Numbered from the stretch's first letter, positions 9,387 to 19,217 are shown. The stretch is 64,000 nt of DNA from Bacillota bacterium (GCA_023399355.1 JAEWQC010000006.1:8422-72421); one strand, 5' to 3'. Translations and numbers: made by a program. Notes: generated by a model from the letters alone, not told the origin.

Positions 9387-10352
9387 ATGAGAGTTTTAGG
9401 AATATCCTTCGGAAGAAGGATGAAAAATTGCGAGATATTGGTAAAAGAAGCGTTGATGGAAGCGGAAAAGGCTGGTCACGAGGTAGCCCTCATACGTATG
9501 ATCGACTATGATGTCAAGCCTTGCATTGGCTGCGGCGGCTGCGGCAATTCCCTTGATAAGGGCGGGTCAGGCAGGTGTGTAATAAAGGACGATCTTCCGC
9601 TGATAGATGAAGAATTCCTGAAATCCGATGCAATCATCGTTGGTGCGCCGGTTTATGCATTGGGGCCGAGCGGTCAGCTGAAACAGATGGCTGATAGAAT
9701 GGGACCGTCCCATGACCTGGCATTTTTGACGATGGCGAATAAGCAAAGGATTGCCGAAGGAAAAACGGGCGACCAACTGCTGGATCCGAGAAATTTCAAG
9801 CAGAGGTACGCAGGACTTATCTCAGTCGGCGGAGCAGTGACGCATAACTGGGTTTCCTTTGGTCTGCCGACGATGCATATTCTCTGTTTCCCATCACAGA
9901 TCAAGGTCATTGACCAGATTGATGCCTATGGTATGGGTAGCAAGGGCAGCCCGCTTCTGGACGAGGATCTTATGGAGAGAACCAGAAGACTTGGCAGGAA
10001 TATTGTATCGGCAGTTGGCAAACCGCACGATGAAATAGGCTGGCTGGGGGACGATGACGGCGTTTGTCCCGTATGCCATTGCGACCTCGTTATGCTCAGC
10101 GGTACAACCAGAGTGGAATGTCCGGTATGCGGAAGCTATGGGCAGCTTTCCGTCGACGGAGACAAGGTGAAGGTTACCTTCAGCGAAGCGGAACAGAAGA
10201 GGTCCAGACTTTATCTGCCGGGTAAGATGGAGCATTATAACGAGATCAAGTCGTTCTCCGGTATTGCAGGTCCGAAAATCATGGCGGCAGGGGATGAACT
10301 GAAAAGGAAACTGAAGAAATATGAAGGTTACAGGGAACTGAAGCTGAAGTAA
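9387..10352 (+). CDS. flavodoxin-fold FMN reductase / iron-sulfur flavoprotein-like protein with C-terminal Cys4 ribbon
   Basis: ORF 9324-10352; ATG 9387 follows GAGGAGA. MRVLGISFGRR...CIGCGGC...AIIVGAPVYALGPSGQLKQMADRM matches the NADPH-dependent FMN reductase/Isf pattern. CPVCHC...CPVCGS lies in the C-terminal part. Confidence 0.6.
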   Translation: MRVLGISFGRRMKNCEILVKEALMEAEKAGHEVALIRMIDYDVKPCIGCGGCGNSLDKGGSGRCVIKDDLPLIDEEFLKSDAIIVGAPVYALGPSGQLKQMADRMGPSHDLAFLTMANKQRIAEGKTGDQLLDPRNFKQRYAGLISVGGAVTHNWVSFGLPTMHILCFPSQIKVIDQIDAYGMGSKGSPLLDEDLMERTRRLGRNIVSAVGKPHDEIGWLGDDDGVCPVCHCDLVMLSGTTRVECPVCGSYGQLSVDGDKVKVTFSEAEQKRSRLYLPGKMEHYNEIKSFSGIAGPKIMAAGDELKRKLKKYEGYRELKLK

Positions 10353-10514
10353 AGGAAATAAATGGGCATCATGGAAGTCTGCATGGAAGGAATACAGGAT
10401 GCCGTGAGTTATGGCTGTACAACAGCGGCAGAGATGGATTATCAATTTTTACGCAGACTTGCGGGTTGAAATAATAAAAATAAATGTAAACGAAACGAAG
10501 GGGAGAGGTATAGG

Positions 10515-11549
10515 ATGAAAACCAAAAGACTTGAATTTTTAAAACGTGATGTGAGCGGTATTATTTTAGGGACAATGCCGCTTTTTTCCGGAGATATGAA
10601 AGAGCATTTTTCACACCTTGACATGGCGAAAGAAGAAGGAATTAATTTTCTTGATACTGCCATCGGTTACGGCGGCGCGGAAATTTCCATCGGAAAATGG
10701 ATGAATGCCCGTAACAACCGCAAGGATATTGTCCTTATAACCAAGGGATGCCATCCAGGCCCGAATGGCAAACGTGTTAATGCAAAAGACCTCACGGAAG
10801 ATCTGAACAGATCGCTCGAAAGGCTTGAAACCAGCTATATCGACATATATCTGCTACACAGGGATGACCTTGATTTGCCGGTAGGTCCTATTGTTGAAGC
10901 TTTGAATGAACACTTTGCCGCCGGAAGGATAAAATCATTCGGTGGATCGAACTGGACGCACAAGCGGATCCAGGAAGCAAATGATTATGCAGAAGCTCAT
11001 GGATTGGAGCCTTTCAGAGCCAGCAGCCCAAGTTACAGCCTGGCCGAGCAGGCTGAAGAAGCCTGGGCTCCCGGTACAGTTACCATCAGCGGCTTGACGG
11101 AACAAACTGCCAGGGACTGGTATGCAGCTAATCAAATGCCTGTCCTGGCGTACTCCAGCCTGGCAAGAGGATTTTTTTCCGGTATGGTAACGCGTGAACG
11201 TTGGGAAGCTGAAAAGGATCATATTATGAGTCCTGGAATTTTGTTCTCCGGTAAGGCGACAAAAGACCAGCTGACCGGGCGCGGTGAAACCATTGACCCG
11301 ATCTGTGCCAAAGCTTACTGCGTCGAGAACAACTTTAAGCGTTTGGATCGAGCAGCAGAACTGGCTAAGGAAAAGGACTGTACCATTGCACAGATTGCTC
11401 TGGCCTTCATCATTAACAGTCCGATGAACGTATTCCCGATCTCGGGTGTTGCAAACCGTACAGAGCTTCAGTCATCCATTAATGCGGCTAATATCCTCCT
11501 GAATGAAAAAGAACATAGCTGGCTTGATTTGAAAACAGACAAAAGATAA
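10515..11549 (+). CDS. aldo/keto reductase
   Basis: 344 aa. Blocks GINFLDTAIGYGGAE, IDIYLLHRDD, SFGGSNW and PVLAYSSLARGFFSG. Confidence 0.85.
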   Translation: MKTKRLEFLKRDVSGIILGTMPLFSGDMKEHFSHLDMAKEEGINFLDTAIGYGGAEISIGKWMNARNNRKDIVLITKGCHPGPNGKRVNAKDLTEDLNRSLERLETSYIDIYLLHRDDLDLPVGPIVEALNEHFAAGRIKSFGGSNWTHKRIQEANDYAEAHGLEPFRASSPSYSLAEQAEEAWAPGTVTISGLTEQTARDWYAANQMPVLAYSSLARGFFSGMVTRERWEAEKDHIMSPGILFSGKATKDQLTGRGETIDPICAKAYCVENNFKRLDRAAELAKEKDCTIAQIALAFIINSPMNVFPISGVANRTELQSSINAANILLNEKEHSWLDLKTDKR

Positions 11550-11636
11550 CGGAACTAAAACATTGCATGGAAAATGAGTACGCAAAGGATGTTTTTGTTT
11601 TAGAAACATCCTTTGCGGTACGTGAAATAGGACTGC

Positions 11637-12077
11637 ATGGAAAGGAAGATGCGACAGATGGATTTTCAGGCATATAACGCAATATTGGTATGCAGTGATG
11701 AAATTAAAAATGTAACAGTCGGCGATATTACGATCGGCTATGAATTCAAAATCAAATATCCATCCTATAGAGGGGCTTTTCTCAGTTGTATTGAAAAACT
11801 GGAATTTGAGGAGGACGGTGAGAAAATTACCCCCAGGGATGTATATTTCTATCTGAATGGAAAACAGTTCCTGATAGATGAACTGCCGGAACTTTTCAAG
11901 GAATACTGGTTTGTCCGTGACAAGGCAACGATACGTGTAATGAAAGAAGGCGGCGTGAACAGGGGCGAACACAGCATCAGGGTATTTATGAAACATCGTG
12001 TCCCATATACGGGATATTTCGGACAATATCTCGTCCTGGACAGCGACGTTACACGGACGATCCTTGCACAAGGGTAG
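11637..12077 (+). CDS. small protein, candidate beta subunit of a C-glycoside deglycosidase (DUF6379-like); function uncertain
   Basis: ORF of 146 aa; the start may be ATG 11658, after AGGAAG. It ends 15 nt before the TIM-barrel gene, whose RBS (GAAGGAGG) overlaps the stop. The call rests mainly on the size and on the conserved small-subunit / TIM-barrel / Gfo-Idh-MocA arrangement. Confidence 0.45.
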   Translation: MERKMRQMDFQAYNAILVCSDEIKNVTVGDITIGYEFKIKYPSYRGAFLSCIEKLEFEEDGEKITPRDVYFYLNGKQFLIDELPELFKEYWFVRDKATIRVMKEGGVNRGEHSIRVFMKHRVPYTGYFGQYLVLDSDVTRTILAQG

Positions 12078-12092
12078 AAGGAGGCATGGAAC

Positions 12093-13055
12093 ATGGAAAA
12101 CGGTATTAAACTTGGTGTTTCGCTTTATAGTTTTTCCACTGAATATATTTCGGACAAACTGGATCTGGAGGGAGTACTTAAAAAGGCAAAAGATCTTGGC
12201 TTCGAAGGGATAGAAATCGTTGCAGCCCAGATGGTTCCCGGGTATCCTTATCCTTCCGGCGAGTGGCTTGAGTATTTTAAGAAGCTGCTGGCAAAATATG
12301 AACTGAAACCTGTATGCTGGAGCGCATATATTGATATGGGAATCCGTACTGACCGTGACTTGACGGAACATGAAATCATCCAATACACGGTGAATGATTT
12401 GCTTTATGCAAAAAAGGCAGGATTCCCGATGGTTCGTACACAGCATGCCATTTCACCGAAAATTTTCAAGGCAATGATTCCGTTCTGCAAGAAGCTCGGC
12501 ATGAAGCTGACCATTGAGATGCATCATCCGCATCATCCTGAGGTGCCTGTATGGAAAGATTACTTTGAGATAATGAAGGGAGAGGGCAAAGGGGTATTGG
12601 GGTTTGTACCGGATTTCAGCATCTTCCAGACAAGACCTCACCAGTTGTATATTAACCAGTCGGTTTCCTTCGGCTTCAGAAAGGACAAACTTGCCGGGAT
12701 CATTGAAAAGCATGACCGGAACGTTCCGCTGGAAGAAGTGCTGAAAGACGATTTTTCAGAAGTGGAACAGAGAATCACAGATGAAATATACCATAAATTC
12801 AGTGCTCCTGCCAATCTGAAACAATTGCAGGGTATCATCGACTGTGCATTTTATATACACGGGAAATTTTATTATCTGCCTGACGGCGAGCATGATCCGT
12901 GCATTCCATATGAAGAAATCCTGACAACGATACGGGATCTCGGATATAAGGGCTATATAGCCAGCGAATATGAAGGACACCATTTTGATGAGACGATAGA
13001 CTCTGCAGTGCAGCTGCAGAGGTATGTTGCGTTGAACAAAAGGATTCTTGGATAG
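12093..13055 (+). CDS. sugar phosphate isomerase/epimerase (xylose-isomerase-like TIM barrel)
   Basis: 320 aa. Blocks LGFEGIEIVAAQ, LTIEMHHPHHPE, GFVPDFSIF and YIASEYEGHH (metal-ligand-like H/E/D positions). Confidence 0.75.
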   Translation: MENGIKLGVSLYSFSTEYISDKLDLEGVLKKAKDLGFEGIEIVAAQMVPGYPYPSGEWLEYFKKLLAKYELKPVCWSAYIDMGIRTDRDLTEHEIIQYTVNDLLYAKKAGFPMVRTQHAISPKIFKAMIPFCKKLGMKLTIEMHHPHHPEVPVWKDYFEIMKGEGKGVLGFVPDFSIFQTRPHQLYINQSVSFGFRKDKLAGIIEKHDRNVPLEEVLKDDFSEVEQRITDEIYHKFSAPANLKQLQGIIDCAFYIHGKFYYLPDGEHDPCIPYEEILTTIRDLGYKGYIASEYEGHHFDETIDSAVQLQRYVALNKRILG

Positions 13056-13079
13056 TACAAATTTAGAAAGGATATCAGC

Positions 13080-14180
13080 ATGAAAAATGGAAAATTGCAA
13101 ATTGCGATTATAGGCTGCGGAGGTATTGCGAACAACAAGCATATGCCGGCGCTGAAACAACTGGCCGATTACGGCGTTATGACGGCATTCTGCGACATTG
13201 TTGAGGAGCGCGCCGCTAAAGCCGCCAAGGAATTTGGTACGGCGGATGCGAAGATTTATACCGATTATAAAAAGCTGTTGAACGACACATCCATTGACGT
13301 TGTCCATGTTTTGACGCCGAATGTTGCCCATTGCCCGGTAACGGTTGCCGCTTTTGAGGCCGGAAAGAACATCATGTGCGAAAAGCCTATGGCACATTGT
13401 TCTGCGGATGCCCGGAAGATGTTGGATGCGTGGAAGAAATCCGGAAAAAAATTCACGATAGGTTACCAGAACAGGTTCAGGAATGAAGTCCAGACTCTGC
13501 ATAAGGCTTGCGAGGCGGGAGAATTGGGAGACATTTATTTTGCAAAGGCTCACGCAATCCGCCGCCGTGCCGTCCCGACCTGGGGCGTATTCCCGAACAA
13601 GGCATTGCAGGGTGGGGGACCTTTGATTGATATCGGAACACATGCCTTGGATATTACGCTTTGGATGATGAATAACTACAGGCCGAAGTTGGTTGACGGA
13701 TCGGTATTCTTTAAAATGGCCGATAAGTTCGACGGAAATATGTTCGGACCGTGGAATCCCAAAACTTTCGAAGTGGAGGATTCCGCTTTTGGATTTATTA
13801 AAATGGAAAATGGAGCAACTATTTTCCTGGAAGCTTCATGGGCATTGAATGTACTGGATTCAAGGGAAGCCGCAACGACCCTGTGCGGTACGGAGGCTGG
13901 AGCTGAAATCAGGTCCGGTATGAGCTATAAAGACAATGAGCTTATTTTCAATAGGGCAAAGAATGGAAACCTTATGGAAGAAAGAATTTCTTCGGGTGGA
14001 AATATTGCGTACTTTGAAGGCGCAGGCAGTGAACCCGGTTACCTTGAAGCAAAACAATGGCTATTGTCCATAATAAATAATACGCAACCTTTGGTAAAAC
14101 CAGAGCAGGCCTTTACCATTACGCAGATTCTGGAAGCGATCTATACTTCAAATTCTACAGGAAAACCGGTCGTATTCTAA
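13080..14180 (+). CDS. Gfo/Idh/MocA-family NAD(P)-dependent oxidoreductase
   Basis: 366 aa. Rossmann KLQIAIIGCGGIANNKHMPAL, MCEKPMA (EKP motif) and LIDIGTHALD. Confidence 0.85.
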   Translation: MKNGKLQIAIIGCGGIANNKHMPALKQLADYGVMTAFCDIVEERAAKAAKEFGTADAKIYTDYKKLLNDTSIDVVHVLTPNVAHCPVTVAAFEAGKNIMCEKPMAHCSADARKMLDAWKKSGKKFTIGYQNRFRNEVQTLHKACEAGELGDIYFAKAHAIRRRAVPTWGVFPNKALQGGGPLIDIGTHALDITLWMMNNYRPKLVDGSVFFKMADKFDGNMFGPWNPKTFEVEDSAFGFIKMENGATIFLEASWALNVLDSREAATTLCGTEAGAEIRSGMSYKDNELIFNRAKNGNLMEERISSGGNIAYFEGAGSEPGYLEAKQWLLSIINNTQPLVKPEQAFTITQILEAIYTSNSTGKPVVF

Positions 14181-14290
14181 TAGCTTCTTCCCTGAGGGTC
14201 TATTGTGACTGGTTATCGGCAAAGCCCGACGGTAATTTATTCAGATTATGCACCCGTACAAAATTTAATGTGAAAGAATGGGAGACAGAT

Positions 14291-14923
14291 ATGAAAATGA
14301 CAACGGATGAAAAGCTTGAGCGGCTTTGGGATGCTCAGGAAATCGGTAAGGTTATGACCAGATATGCATTCCTTCATAACGCCCATGAGCATATGAGAAC
14401 AGTTGAGCTTTTTGCCCTTGACCGTGACGACGTGTGGATTGAATGCGGAGGTATGGGTATCTATAAAGGACCGGAGGGTATTAAAAAGTTCTTCTACACC
14501 TGGCATAAGTCCATGGAGGGCGATATGAAAGGCGCCTTTAACGAGCACCTGCTGACGACACCTCTGATCGAAGTGGCGAGGGATGGCAAAACGGCAAAAG
14601 CCGTTTGGATGTCGCCGGGCGCGGAGACAAGAAGAGTCAAACCCGAAAATGCGCTTGAGGCAATGTGGATTTGGGGTAAGTATGCCGTTGATTTCATTAA
14701 GGTGAATAACGCGTGGAAATTCTGGCATTTTACCATTACGCAGGATTTTATGTGCGATTATCATCATTCATGGGTCGAAGCCGAAACCTCGGCTGGTCAA
14801 AGGATCACACACAATGGGATGCCGTCGGCTGACGAACCTAATTCCTTCAAAGATGACGGATATATAAAAGATAAAATTGCTGCTTTATTTCCGGAATTGC
14901 CCGAGCCGTATGATACTTATTGA
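14291..14923 (+). CDS. SnoaL-like / NTF2-fold protein
   Basis: ORF 14270-14923; ATG 14291 follows GGGAGA. The size and the alternating hydrophobic pattern (LWDAQEIGKVMTRYAFLHN...WKFWHFTI) fit an NTF2-like cone fold. I recognise no catalytic motif. Confidence 0.5.
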   Translation: MKMTTDEKLERLWDAQEIGKVMTRYAFLHNAHEHMRTVELFALDRDDVWIECGGMGIYKGPEGIKKFFYTWHKSMEGDMKGAFNEHLLTTPLIEVARDGKTAKAVWMSPGAETRRVKPENALEAMWIWGKYAVDFIKVNNAWKFWHFTITQDFMCDYHHSWVEAETSAGQRITHNGMPSADEPNSFKDDGYIKDKIAALFPELPEPYDTY

Positions 14924-15017
14924 ATAAGAGATTTAAGCAGTACGGAAACAGACGATAGTTAGCATGAAACTTGCTAACTACAGCAATTAAAACAAAAATT
15001 TTTCAGGAGGCTTTATT

Positions 15018-15371
15018 ATGGTTAAACGGGAAGTAAAAGACTGCAAGCCTTATGAAGCGCCAAATCATTTTAACATGACAGCTATGAGGCTGCAAGGCAA
15101 AGATGAATCAGGTGCTGCGAAATTCTGGATGGGAATGTCACATTTTCTGCCGGGTGGAGGTGCGGAATACGATTATGAGAATTCACCGACAGAAAAGATA
15201 TATTTTGTTCTGGAAGGCGAAGTGGCAATCTATTCAAAAGATAAGAAGGACAAGTTTGTTCTGAAAAAGGGTGATTCCATATTTATTGGCCCGAATGAGG
15301 GCAGGTCGATGATGAATGAGACAAATATGCCTGCAACCACGCTTGTAATTATCAACTATCCCAATGCATAA
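15018..15371 (+). CDS. cupin-domain protein
   Basis: 117 aa; AGGAGG RBS. GMSHFLPGGGAEYDYE...IYFVLEGEVAI...GDSIFIGPNEG fits the two-motif cupin pattern. Confidence 0.7.
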   Translation: MVKREVKDCKPYEAPNHFNMTAMRLQGKDESGAAKFWMGMSHFLPGGGAEYDYENSPTEKIYFVLEGEVAIYSKDKKDKFVLKKGDSIFIGPNEGRSMMNETNMPATTLVIINYPNA

Positions 15372-15396
15372 ACGCACGAATAAGGAGGAAGGAAAC

Positions 15397-16191
15397 GTGA
15401 GTACGGAATTCGTAACGAAAGATTTTACCGAAACGATGTTCAATGTTAAAGGTAAAGTAGCGCTTGTAACCGGTGCAACCGGAAATCTCGGCAAGGCTGT
15501 TTCTCTGGGATATGGTCACCAGGGAGTAAAGGTTATGCTGACCGGACGTTCCGGGGAAAAATTGAAGGCGCTATGCGATGAAATGAAGGGAAAAGGTATG
15601 GACTGCGCCTATTCGACAGGCGATCCCGCGAAGGAAGAAGATGTGAAGCGTGTAGTAAACGATACTGTTGGCAAATACGGCGGCATCGATATTTTATTGA
15701 CCTCCGCCGGTATGAATAATCCCAAACCCATTCTGAAGCAGCCTTCAAGTGAATGGAAAGAAATAATGGATGCCAACGTACTGGGTACATGGCTCTTCTG
15801 TAAATACGCCGGAGAAGTCATGGCAAAGCAGGGCAGGGGCGGAAAGGTCATTCTGGTTTCGTCCACAAGAGGCAAACTGGGGATGAAGAACTATACAGCC
15901 TACAGCCCTTCCAAGGCGGCTATTGACCTGATGGCAAAATCGCTGGCCTGCGAATGGGGCGAATATGGCATCAATGTAAATGCAATAGGCCCGACGGTAT
16001 TTCGTTCGGAATTGACACAATGGATGTTTGATGACGATACGGCCCGTACCAGGTTCCTCACCCGCATACCGATCGGACGGCTCGGCGAGCCGGGGGATTT
16101 TGTAGGCGTCTGTACTTTCCTGGCATCCAGTGCGAGCGATTTTATCACTGGCACAACTATATACGTCGATGGTGGTTATCTGGCAGGATAA
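15397..16191 (+). CDS. short-chain dehydrogenase/reductase (SDR)
   Basis: ORF 15364-16191; GTG 15397 follows AGGAGGAAGG. TGATGNLGKA (TGxxxGxG-type), SAGMNNP, and VSSTRG...YSPSKAA (Ser...YxxxK). Confidence 0.85.
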   Translation: MSTEFVTKDFTETMFNVKGKVALVTGATGNLGKAVSLGYGHQGVKVMLTGRSGEKLKALCDEMKGKGMDCAYSTGDPAKEEDVKRVVNDTVGKYGGIDILLTSAGMNNPKPILKQPSSEWKEIMDANVLGTWLFCKYAGEVMAKQGRGGKVILVSSTRGKLGMKNYTAYSPSKAAIDLMAKSLACEWGEYGINVNAIGPTVFRSELTQWMFDDDTARTRFLTRIPIGRLGEPGDFVGVCTFLASSASDFITGTTIYVDGGYLAG

Positions 16192-16234
16192 TAAAGTAAA
16201 ACGGTAAGCATGCAGGACGCTAATCCTAAAAAAC

Positions 16235-16268
16235 CGGGGAAGTGAACAGGTGCTTCCCCGTATATTAA
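16235..16268 (+). terminator. possible intrinsic terminator after the SDR gene
   Basis: CGGGGAAG (16235-42) pairs perfectly with CTTCCCCG (16253-60) across a 10-nt loop. The tail TATATTAA is only weakly U-rich. Confidence 0.35.
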
Positions 16269-16278
16269 GGGGATAAAT

Positions 16279-18240
16279 ATGAGAAAATTGTTATGGAAGC
16301 CATCCGACCAGTATATCAAGGCGACAAATATATACTCCTTTATCAATCATGTAAATGAAAAATTCAACTTGAAAATGAATGACTATACATCTTTATATAA
16401 ATGGTCTGTTGATTTTCCTTCTGATTTCTGGGATACATTATGGCACTTCCTGGACATAAAATGTTCCATGCCCTATACGGCTGTTGTGGATGATATTAAG
16501 AAGTTCCCGGGTGCAAGCTGGTTTGTTGGCGCTAAACTCAATTATGCTGAAAATATACTGCGCTTTTCTGACAGCTTGGCTCCTGCAATTATATTCAGGG
16601 GAGAGGACCGGATCAGGGAGGAGTACAGCCATAAGGAACTGTATGAACAGGTGGTAAGGCTTGCCGACACATTAAGGAATGAAGGGATTAAACCAGGCGA
16701 TATGATTGCCGCGTATATGCCCAATATGCCTCAGACGATTATAGCTATGCTTGCCTGCTCAGCCATAGGCGCCGTCTGGTGCTCCTGTGCAACGGACATA
16801 GGACCGCAGGCTGCCATAGACAGGCTCGGACAAGTCAAACCAACTGTTTTGTTCACTGTGGACGGTTACTTCTATAAGGGTAAATGCTTTGACATTTTGC
16901 AAAATGCAAGCCAGGTTGCCAAGGGAATCGATTCTGTAAAAAAGGTTGTTGTTACTCATTACGCAGGTGATAAATCACAGGTAGGCACTATCCAGGGTGG
17001 AGTACTGTGGGAAAATTATATTTCAAATAATACACCGGAAAATTTCAAGTTTGAACAGCTTCCGTCGGAGCATCCTCTTGTCGTGATGTTTTCCTCGGGA
17101 ACGACCGGAAAGCCGAAATGCATGCTGCAGTCGGCTGCGGGTCTACTGCTCAACCAACTGAAAGAGCTTGTCTTGCAGAATGACCTGAAGCCCTCCGACC
17201 GCATGCTTTATATTACGTCCTGCAGTTGGATGATGTGGAACTGGCAGACGGCGGCTATAGGAACAGGCGCTTCCCTTGTCCTGTATGACGGGAATCCGTC
17301 CTACCCCGATACATCTGCAATATGGAAGATACTGCAAGAGGAAAAAGTCACCATTTTCGGACTTAGTGCAAGCTTTATCCTTGCACTTATGGCAGAGAAT
17401 TTTTCGCCGAAAAAGGCGGTTTCACTTCCTTGCTTAAGGGAAATTTCGCAAACGGGTTCTGCACTTTCCGATGACGGATTCGATTATATCTACAATGAGA
17501 TAAAGAAGGATTTGCATTTCAATTCGATTGCAGGAGGAACAGACATCAACGGATGCTTTTCTTCGGGCAATCCTATCAGCCCCGTATATTCCGGGGAGCT
17601 TCAGGGACCGGGGCTCGGCATGAAGATTAACTCCTTCAATGAAAAGGGCGAGCCAGTACGGGACGAACAGGGAGAACTTGTCTGTGAAATGCCTGCTCCG
17701 TCAATGCCTCTTCATTTTTGGAACGATCCGGAAAACAGCCGGTATATGGATGCTTACTTCAGAGTGTACCCAGGCATCTGGCATCATGGCGATTATGTAC
17801 TGATTCATTCAGATACGGGCGGAATAACTTATTACGGCAGATCGGATTCGGTCCTGAAGCCGTCCGGAGTCCGGATCGGGACAGCCGAAATTTACAACCA
17901 GGTAGAGAAGCTCCCCCAGATAAGAGAAAGCCTGGCGATAGGACAGAATTATAAGGGAGACCAGAGAATCCTTCTTTTTGTACAGACAATGGAGGGGGTT
18001 GAACTTGACGGGAATCTCAAGAAGGAGATTAAAAGAGTGTTAAGACAGAATGCCTCACCGCGTCACGTGCCTGCAGTCATTATGTCTGTACCGGATATTC
18101 CGAGAACCCTGAATATGAAGAAAGTGGAAAGTGCCGTGACAAATATCGTGAACGGCAGAAAGGTTACCAACAGGGATGCACTGGCTAATCCCGAATCGCT
18201 TGATTATTTTGAGCAAATATTGCCGCAGCTTAGTGAATGA
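16279..18240 (+). CDS. acetoacetate-CoA ligase (acetoacetyl-CoA synthetase)
   Basis: 653 aa. N-terminus LLWKPSDQYIKATNIYSFINHVNEKF...YKWSVDFPSDFW, MFSSGTTGKPKCM and YGRSDSVLKPSGVRIGTAEIY match the acetoacetyl-CoA synthetase subfamily of AMP-forming ligases. Confidence 0.85.
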   Translation: MRKLLWKPSDQYIKATNIYSFINHVNEKFNLKMNDYTSLYKWSVDFPSDFWDTLWHFLDIKCSMPYTAVVDDIKKFPGASWFVGAKLNYAENILRFSDSLAPAIIFRGEDRIREEYSHKELYEQVVRLADTLRNEGIKPGDMIAAYMPNMPQTIIAMLACSAIGAVWCSCATDIGPQAAIDRLGQVKPTVLFTVDGYFYKGKCFDILQNASQVAKGIDSVKKVVVTHYAGDKSQVGTIQGGVLWENYISNNTPENFKFEQLPSEHPLVVMFSSGTTGKPKCMLQSAAGLLLNQLKELVLQNDLKPSDRMLYITSCSWMMWNWQTAAIGTGASLVLYDGNPSYPDTSAIWKILQEEKVTIFGLSASFILALMAENFSPKKAVSLPCLREISQTGSALSDDGFDYIYNEIKKDLHFNSIAGGTDINGCFSSGNPISPVYSGELQGPGLGMKINSFNEKGEPVRDEQGELVCEMPAPSMPLHFWNDPENSRYMDAYFRVYPGIWHHGDYVLIHSDTGGITYYGRSDSVLKPSGVRIGTAEIYNQVEKLPQIRESLAIGQNYKGDQRILLFVQTMEGVELDGNLKKEIKRVLRQNASPRHVPAVIMSVPDIPRTLNMKKVESAVTNIVNGRKVTNRDALANPESLDYFEQILPQLSE

Positions 18241-18284
18241 CTCATAGTCAAAAGGGACTGCAGATAATGAAAGGGGGCTTCTGC

Positions 18285-19217
18285 ATGAAAGAAATCAGGA
18301 ATATAGCAATAATCGGCGGCGGCTTGATGGGGTGCGGCATTGCACAAACCTTTGCAGGCTGTGACAAACTGGAAGTCAGAATTTTTGACCAGTATATAAC
18401 CGGCGAAAAGGTGAGATCACGTATTAAATCTAATATAGATTTGCTGCTGAGCAAAGGGGTGTTCACCCTGGCTGAAGCCGATGCGCTGCTTGGCAGGATT
18501 GCTACATTTGACAATATGGCCGATGCGGTAAAGGATGCTGAATTTATCGTGGAGTGCATTCCAGAGAATATGACTAAAAAACAGGGCCTTTTTGCGGAGC
18601 TTGAGCCGCTTTGCAGCCCAACGACAATTTTTGCCACCAATACTTCGGTTATGAGCATAACGGAAATATCCGGAAAGGCAGCGAACAAAGCAAGGATCGT
18701 CGGAACTCACTTCTGGAATCCTCCGTATCTTATTCCGCTGGTTGAGATTGTAAAATCTGATTACACCTCGGATGAGGTTATGGACGCTACCATGAATTTA
18801 CTCAAACTGGCAGGCAAACACCCTATCCGTGTAAAAAAAGATGTTCCGGGTTTTGTGGCAAACAGGCTGCAGCATGCACTATGGCGCGAAGCCATCTCCA
18901 TTGTGGAAAAAGGAATTGCAGACGCAGCAACTGTAGATGAAGCTGTCAAAATGAGTTTCGGACTCAGACTGCCCGTCCTGGCTCCCCTGGAAAATGCGGA
19001 TCTGGTAGGAACTGATCTGACACTGTCCATTCACAGCTATTTGCTCAAACATCTGGAGAATTCAACAGAGCCTTCCCCTCTTCTTAAAGAGAAGGTTCAA
19101 AGCGGCGATCTGGGCTTCAAGACAGGGAAAGGCTTCCAGGAATGGTCACCGGATCAAATCGAGACATCCAGCAAAAATCTGACAGAATATTTAGTTAAAG
19201 CAATTTATGGCAAGTAA
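18285..19217 (+). CDS. 3-hydroxyacyl-CoA dehydrogenase-family NAD-dependent dehydrogenase
   Basis: ORF 18237-19217; ATG 18285 follows AAAGGGGG. IAIIGGGLMGCGIAQ, FATNTSVMSITE, HFWNPPYLIPLVEIV and FVANRLQHALWREA. Confidence 0.8.
   Translation: MKEIRNIAIIGGGLMGCGIAQTFAGCDKLEVRIFDQYITGEKVRSRIKSNIDLLLSKGVFTLAEADALLGRIATFDNMADAVKDAEFIVECIPENMTKKQGLFAELEPLCSPTTIFATNTSVMSITEISGKAANKARIVGTHFWNPPYLIPLVEIVKSDYTSDEVMDATMNLLKLAGKHPIRVKKDVPGFVANRLQHALWREAISIVEKGIADAATVDEAVKMSFGLRLPVLAPLENADLVGTDLTLSIHSYLLKHLENSTEPSPLLKEKVQSGDLGFKTGKGFQEWSPDQIETSSKNLTEYLVKAIYGK

Noticed and set aside
11472-13643. Minus-strand ORFs 11472-12446 (324 aa) and 12756-13643 (295 aa).
   Set aside because: They are antisense to the small-subunit, TIM-barrel and Gfo/Idh/MocA genes, which have clear motifs and RBSs. 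The minus-strand products are Phe/Ile/Cys-rich nonsense.
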